64,000 bases of DNA. It comes from Puccinia triticina (Eukaryota). Of this stretch, positions 58,365-64,000 are shown piece after piece. The DNA lies in the NCBI GenBank assembly GCA_026914245.1, contig CP110439.1, positions 806,001-870,000 of the forward strand, written 5' to 3'. The notes below the pieces were generated by a model. That model saw only the letters and a list, made by a program, of their open reading frames with translations. It searched no databases and was not told where the DNA came from. The position numbers and the translations under genes are program-made. Each line of letters begins with the position of its first letter. Positions within the stretch are counted from its first letter, which is position 1.

Positions 58365-60938
58365 TCATAGATATGCTCTTGGATAAGCAGGCGATGGGGC
58401 AAGAGAGTGTGAACTGGCCCGATAACTTACGTTTCCATTAGTTTGCGGCTGGGGAGCTTGTTGCCCATTAGCGGCCGCAGGTTTGTTTGGTAGCATGAAG
58501 GAACGGGCCGAGGTAGCATAGTTTGGAACGAGGCGTGGAGCGTTCTGGGCTAGGGTGGCATGTCGAAGAGATGCGGGGTCGTGCGCATGATAAGCGCCGG
58601 GCTGCCTTGGGAAAGAGTTGGTGGCTGCTTGCTGGCCGTTACTCAGCGGGTTTGCGCTATGAGGTGCCATATTTATTGACGCTTGGGCTCGTTGAGCCAG
58701 CGCTCGAATCGCAAGGTTGTCGAGGGGAGGGAGTCCGTTCGTGCTAGATCGGGTTTGAGCCACAGGTCGGGTCGAGGATGGATTTTCGTTTGCCATCGAA
58801 GTGCGCTGGGGCTGAAACGGTGTGGTGGGTGACTTGGAAGCACCTTGGCTTGAAGGCACAGGCGCAGAGCGACGCGGTCTTTTAGGTAGTGACGCTGTCG
58901 ACGTACTGGGACTCGAGGCAAGGGTTGGGTCAGGGGTAGGCGCGTCCCTTTTGGCAGCGGTTTGAACGGACAGGTTACGCCTGGCCATGTCGCGCAAACC
59001 CGAGCCTTCAGGTTTGGGGTCCTCTGGAAGCGCCGGCTGGGGGGTTGGGTGAGGTACGAACCACCCCTGGTATTTGCCTTTCAGCCTGGTCAAGTCGAAG
59101 TTGTGGATCCAGTTCGCGGACCAGGTCGTGATGGTGGTGTTACTTTTCACTTCATTGGGATAATTTTTTCGGACTATGCAGCGGAGCACATTGCGGTCAG
59201 TTCATTGCGGTCAGTTAAGTAGACGACTGCAGCCTACCGTCAATTTTGTATAATTCCACCATCTCCAGCACCTTGCCCTTCGTTAGGTTTTTGGCGTGTA
59301 CCGAGATTAAATACGGGATCCATACCATCTCGACGGGAGCGATCATTGTTCTCTTGCCCCTTTGGATGGGGTGAAATAATGCGTCGGGGGTTGCTAATGC
59401 GACCGTGTACGGTGTCATGGGAGGCGCAAGCGTCGAGAGGTCCATGAAGTAGTCAAGAATTTCCTTGGCTTCTTTTTTGAGATCCGCGGGGACCGGGGAT
59501 GTGGAAAGGGAATCGAGTTCCTTCTGAATTTTGACGGTTCCAAAATGTCGCGGGGGATCGGGCGAATTGTAAGTTCTGTCCCGTATTGTAAAGACGATCT
59601 CCGCCATGGTTTTGAAATCCTAGGATACACCGATACACCGTCAGTGCACGACATGAGGAAGAAAACCTATCTTGTTACTCACAGTGCCCCGCTTCAGGTT
59701 GGCTATCCTTCCGCACCAACCGTTGGGATTTTCGTCGTTTCTCACCATATATTGCTCGGTCAACTCGCCGACGTAGCATCCCCAACTGAGAAACATGTCA
59801 GAACGCTGGTCAGCAAATCAACAGACTTGAAAAAGCAGTGATGTTTGAGTACTTACGGGCCGGAAGAGGCGTGCATTTTCTCTCCCGCAGTCAGAGGTTT
59901 GCCCTCCTGGACGAGTCTGAATATATCCCGCTCTTGAAGCTCGGTTAGCTGGTTGTACATCGCAGCAGTCAGCCCACGAGCAAGGAATATCTCTTGCTGC
60001 TCCTCCGTAAGGAGCTTTCTTGACGGCTGCGGCGGATCGGATTGCTTGAAAAACAGCGGCTGCTTCGGCTTGCTGAAGATTGTGCCAGGATAACGAGCGG
60101 TCAGACATCTAGTAACGAAGGGCACGGGGGGGCGAATAAGCCAGTACGTACATGTACCAAGGGATTACCCCATCGAGGAACCTAAGCAGGTGAGGAGAAG
60201 GATCAAAAACAAGGATGGGGCAGTCAGCGACCGAAGCATAGAAACCACAGGAATAAATATAGCTCTCACAGTTTGATACTCGTGAGGCGTTGCTTGCCGT
60301 CCATGCAAACCCATCGGGCTTTGCGTTTTCTCCCGGAACGATCGAGAGTAGCTGGTCGTTCGTTGAAGAGCAAAGTTGGGACCCACTTACTACGAGTTGA
60401 AAGACGCGCGTTCGCGTTAACTGCATGTTCTGTTTTTATCTGGAATTGATAGAGCAACCCGAACTGACTTTTTTAATATCGAATCGATAAGCGCCGATTG
60501 GGCACTGTCCACAGAAAACAAGGGTTAGCTGAGATCGTCTCAAAAAACCAACCTGCCAAGCTTACGGCTTGGTCCATACGACATCACGCTGGTAGGGGGG
60601 TGTGACGTCTATGCCCTCGCTAGCAAAAAGTAACAAGCGGATCTTGTAAGTCCACAATCACCGCGTCGAACGTCAAAAGAGGCCTACTTATTCATTCTGT
60701 TGTACAATTCCTGTTTGATAAAATAAATGGTGGATGAGTATGACTGTTCGAAAAAAAAACGACAAAAAACCAGTGATCCGAGTCAAACGGAAGAGCTTCT
60801 CACCATAGTAGAGTATACACGACAGTTAGCGCTTGGGAGGGCTCCAGGAATGATGTTCTGATCGACATCCGCTTCGCTTCCTTCGCCCTCCAGTTGATCT
60901 GACTCATGGTCGGAGTCGGTGGCGTATCCGATAGGCAT
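58365..60938 (-). CDS. Hypothetical multi-exon protein with P/S/A/Q-rich C-terminus; model approximate
   Basis: Candidate first exon MPIGYATDSDHESD... ending at GTGAGA; ORFs 60109.., 59853.., 59215.. and 58365.. are separated by short GT..AG gaps. Confidence 0.55.
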
Positions 60939-61119
60939 GGTGTGCGCTGGAGTGGTCAACACATAAAGCCATGGGTTAGTCAGTCAAGGAATGGGTGTGA
61001 TGTGTTGGGAAGGAAGCGTCGAGGAGGAAGTCCAGGATTGGCTGGCCCCGTCGTCCCGGGGCGAACGCGGCAAGATGTGTTTCCGTAAGGAACGAGCCTC
61101 ATGGAATCGGGACCCGCAA

Positions 61120-61290
61120 GCCGGTTGCTACATACATGATGCAGCGGCGCGACCGGGTGACCACTTCCGGCCAGCCGGTTGCTACATATGTATATGATGC
61201 TGCGGCGCGACCGGGTGACTTCCGGCCAGCTGGTTGCTACATAAATACATGATGCAGCGGCGCGACCGGGTGACCACTTCCGGCCGGCTC
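61120..61290. repeat. Three ~55-bp GC-rich tandem repeats
   Basis: GGTTGCTACATA...GATGC(A/T)GCGGCGCGACCGGGTGAC...TTCCGGCC x3. Confidence 0.85.
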
Positions 61291-62210
61291 GGGGGGGGGA
61301 GGGGGGGAGGGTTCTCGGAGTTTTCCCGAGCGGGGTTGAAGAGCGGAGAAGAGGATGGGCTTACAAGCTGTGTAGGTGTGCTATGTAGCAAGGTTCACGG
61401 GTTGGAGAGCGCAGACCAAGAGAGGAGTCGAGGCCGTCTCAAGTGAGGTGAAGAGCTGGGATGGGATGTATGGGGGTGAACAAGGACAGCTGGTGTGTCT
61501 GGTTAAGTAACTGGCTGGTGAGCTATGTAAGATCTCTGTTCAGCAGTAAGATGGAAGATCTAATGAAGTGTGTTTGTTTGGGGCCGGAGATGTATCTGGA
61601 GGGAGCAGATTGACTGGAGAACAAAGAGAACAGAGAGTATGTATTTGTGTGGTGTGGTCAAGTCTGCGTGTTTCAAGAGGGATAATTGGATGGAGTCAAG
61701 TGGGAGTGGATGGGGGACAAAGGGTCAGAGATCTGGTTATTTGGGATGGAGGAAAGAAAGGATGGGGTGGAATGAGGATGCATGTACAAGTACTTATATT
61801 GCAGATTGGGATAAATACATGTAGGAGAACAGCTGCCTCTGTACAATTTGCTTGCAACTTCCACAACAAGGCACAATCAGATAAACCCATGAATCCATGT
61901 GGATTTCATTCAGCAAGCACTGCCCAGCCCAACCACAAACTGATCCAGATCAATTGTTTCCCTCCTAAGTGCATAGTGTGCCAGTTGCTCTTTCTGTAAA
62001 AAAAATAGCTCTGTTTCAGGGGTTTTTTTTTCACTTGCAGGCCCAAACTGGATATGGTCCAATGTGAAAGGGGCATTTTAGAGGGTTTGAGCCACGGGGC
62101 AGTGAAGGGTTCATCTTTCAGGGGACCCTGCATGGACCACCTGATCTGGGAGGTCAGCTGGCACCAGCGCTGTGTAGTGGATGAAAATGGAAACTTACAC
62201 ATCCAAACAC

Positions 62211-62887
62211 TAGAGAATCTGCCGTTGGACCCGGGGCAGGTACCCGGCACCCGCTGGCGGGTACCGCCCGCACCCTCCTCGCACCCGCGGGAGGGTGCCG
62301 TGTCCGGGTACGGGTCCATGTTTTTTGGGTGAAACGGGTGCGGCACCCGAGTACCCGCCCAGGTACCCCAGCTTACCTGGATGGCGCGGGGGTTTGGTCG
62401 GGGCTGGGGGTCCCAAGAGGAATCACAGCCCTCTTGATGATCGGGACAGATCCCGGTCATCAAGGGGAATCAGCCCTCTCGATGACCGGGGAAGATCCCG
62501 GTCATTAAGAGGAATCAGCCCTCTCGATAACCGGGACAGACCCCGGTCATTGAGAGGAACCAACCCTCTTGACTACCGGGACATGAACCCCGGTCATCAA
62601 GAGGAAACATCCCTGTCGCTGATTGGGACAGAGCCTGGTCATCGGGAGGAATCAACCCTCCCGATGACCAGGACAGAACCCGGTCATCGAGAGAATACAG
62701 ACCGGGTTCTGTCCTGGTCATCGGGAGGAATCAGCCCTCTCGATGACCGGGACAGACCCCGGTCATCAAGAGGAAAGTACCGCCCGTACACCTCCGGTAC
62801 ACCCGCGCAGGTGCCGGGTACGGGTGCGGGTGCCTATTTTCTTGAAAAAAAGCGGTGCAGTACCCGGGTGCCCCAGCAGATTCTCTA
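62211..62887. mobile_element. Non-autonomous hAT-like element with 45-bp repeat array
   Basis: TIR TAGAGAATCTGC; flanking duplication AAACAC (6 bp); same subterminal motifs and tandem unit as 8207-9472. Confidence 0.82.
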
Positions 62888-63045
62888 AAACACTCCCATG
62901 TAACACAACTAAACACAAAACAGCAAAAAAAGGCTGGAGCTTGATTCTTTTGTTGACTGTGTTTAGATATGTGGGAGATTCAAAACCCATCCATAGTTTG
63001 CCCGCATCATGCGGACTGACAAGCTCATGATGGGTGACGCCATTA

Positions 63046-63242
63046 GGGTGTTCAAAGTTGACTTGCATAAAATCATGACACCATAAAATCATAAAATTCT
63101 AAGCTGAAAAAAATATGTTGCACCCAAGCACTCAAATTAGAGCAACATTTCTAGAATGGTACATATGAAATCATCACTTGAAAGTTTTATAATTTTATGA
63201 TTTTATGCATTGAAAATTTTATGATTTCAACTTTGAACACCC
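63046..63242. mobile_element. Tourist-like MITE
   Basis: TIR GGGTGTTCAAAGTTGA; flanks TTA/TTC. Confidence 0.78.
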
Positions 63243-63759
63243 TTCATGTATGAATGAAGCAGTTCACACAAGTTTAGGCAAGTTTAAAGTATTTTTGTGG
63301 GCTGTGTTTCTTCCTCTGTTCAATTGGCGGCTGGTTACCATTCTCAGATAAACACTGTTGACCAAAACCCTAGGCCTAATGAGGTAGAATTGGGCAACAA
63401 AGCATCTTGATTCTCCATTGCGTCTTCAGTTGCAAAAGCCAAATGAGTTGCCGCTTGATACCAGATGTCAAGCAGTCAAGTGCTTATACAGACCTCTGCG
63501 GAACAAAATAAGCTCAACGGAACAGGTCAGTGCAACCAACTCCTAGTTTCCATGGATTCACTTGGCTGTGTTGGGCAACACGGACAGCCAAGCAATCTAA
63601 TTGGAATCAAGGTCTGGACTCTGTTTCCAACAAAAAGAAAACATGGAGACTGAAAGGGGTTTGTCAATTATTCATAGAAAAATTGGAGGGCTCCTGTTTT
63701 CCTTTGCAATCTTGGTTCAAGTCTGTTCAAATGAGTTTGGAGAGAAATGCCAGGCTTTA

Positions 63760-63968
63760 GGGCCTGTACCATGGGCCTCAATTTTGAAAAATTTCAACTT
63801 TTCTTGCCCTGTACACAAAAAATGAAAACTAGTGGAGGGTTCAAATGTTGAAATTCTTCACATTTAGGCTCAAGCCTACATTTTGGCCAGGCTCAGTGTT
63901 TGTCCCCAGAAATTTTGAGGCAAATAAATTTGGAAAATTTCAATTTTCATGCCCTATGGTACAGGCCC
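63760..63968. mobile_element. Tourist-like MITE
   Basis: TIR GGGCCTGTACCAT; TTA TSD. A related degenerate copy lies at ~56318-56498. Confidence 0.85.
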
Positions 63969-64000
63969 TTATAGTGTTACCCTAAGGAAAAAGATATTTA

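Overview
Eukaryotic, intron-rich, transposon-saturated DNA, most consistent with a basidiomycete rust fungus (Pucciniales; inferred from gene content and repeat style). Host genes: a 5-exon putative secreted protein (70-2610), the splicing factor SPF27/BCAS2, a 12-exon 1,3-beta-glucan synthase FKS1, a secreted GH131-like protein with altered catalytic motifs and a 4-nt microexon, and three unassignable genes. Positions 3-20 kb are a nested TE stack: a LINE split by a solo LTR, CACC/CACTA-like, hAT-like and MULE-like elements, and a decayed Copia. Positions 41-52 kb are a young, intact Ty3/Gypsy element and the most interesting region. Its gag/pol are almost CpG-free. It has a -1 frameshift between PR and RT and a central PPT copy. 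Its ~3-kb 3' region carries a 4-exon, 193-aa gene on the antisense strand behind a CpG-rich promoter. Its 5' LTR is interrupted by a 637-bp TRIM whose LTRs each contain a tRNA-like Pol III unit. Coordinates were read by eye; exon models are manual and no database search was run.
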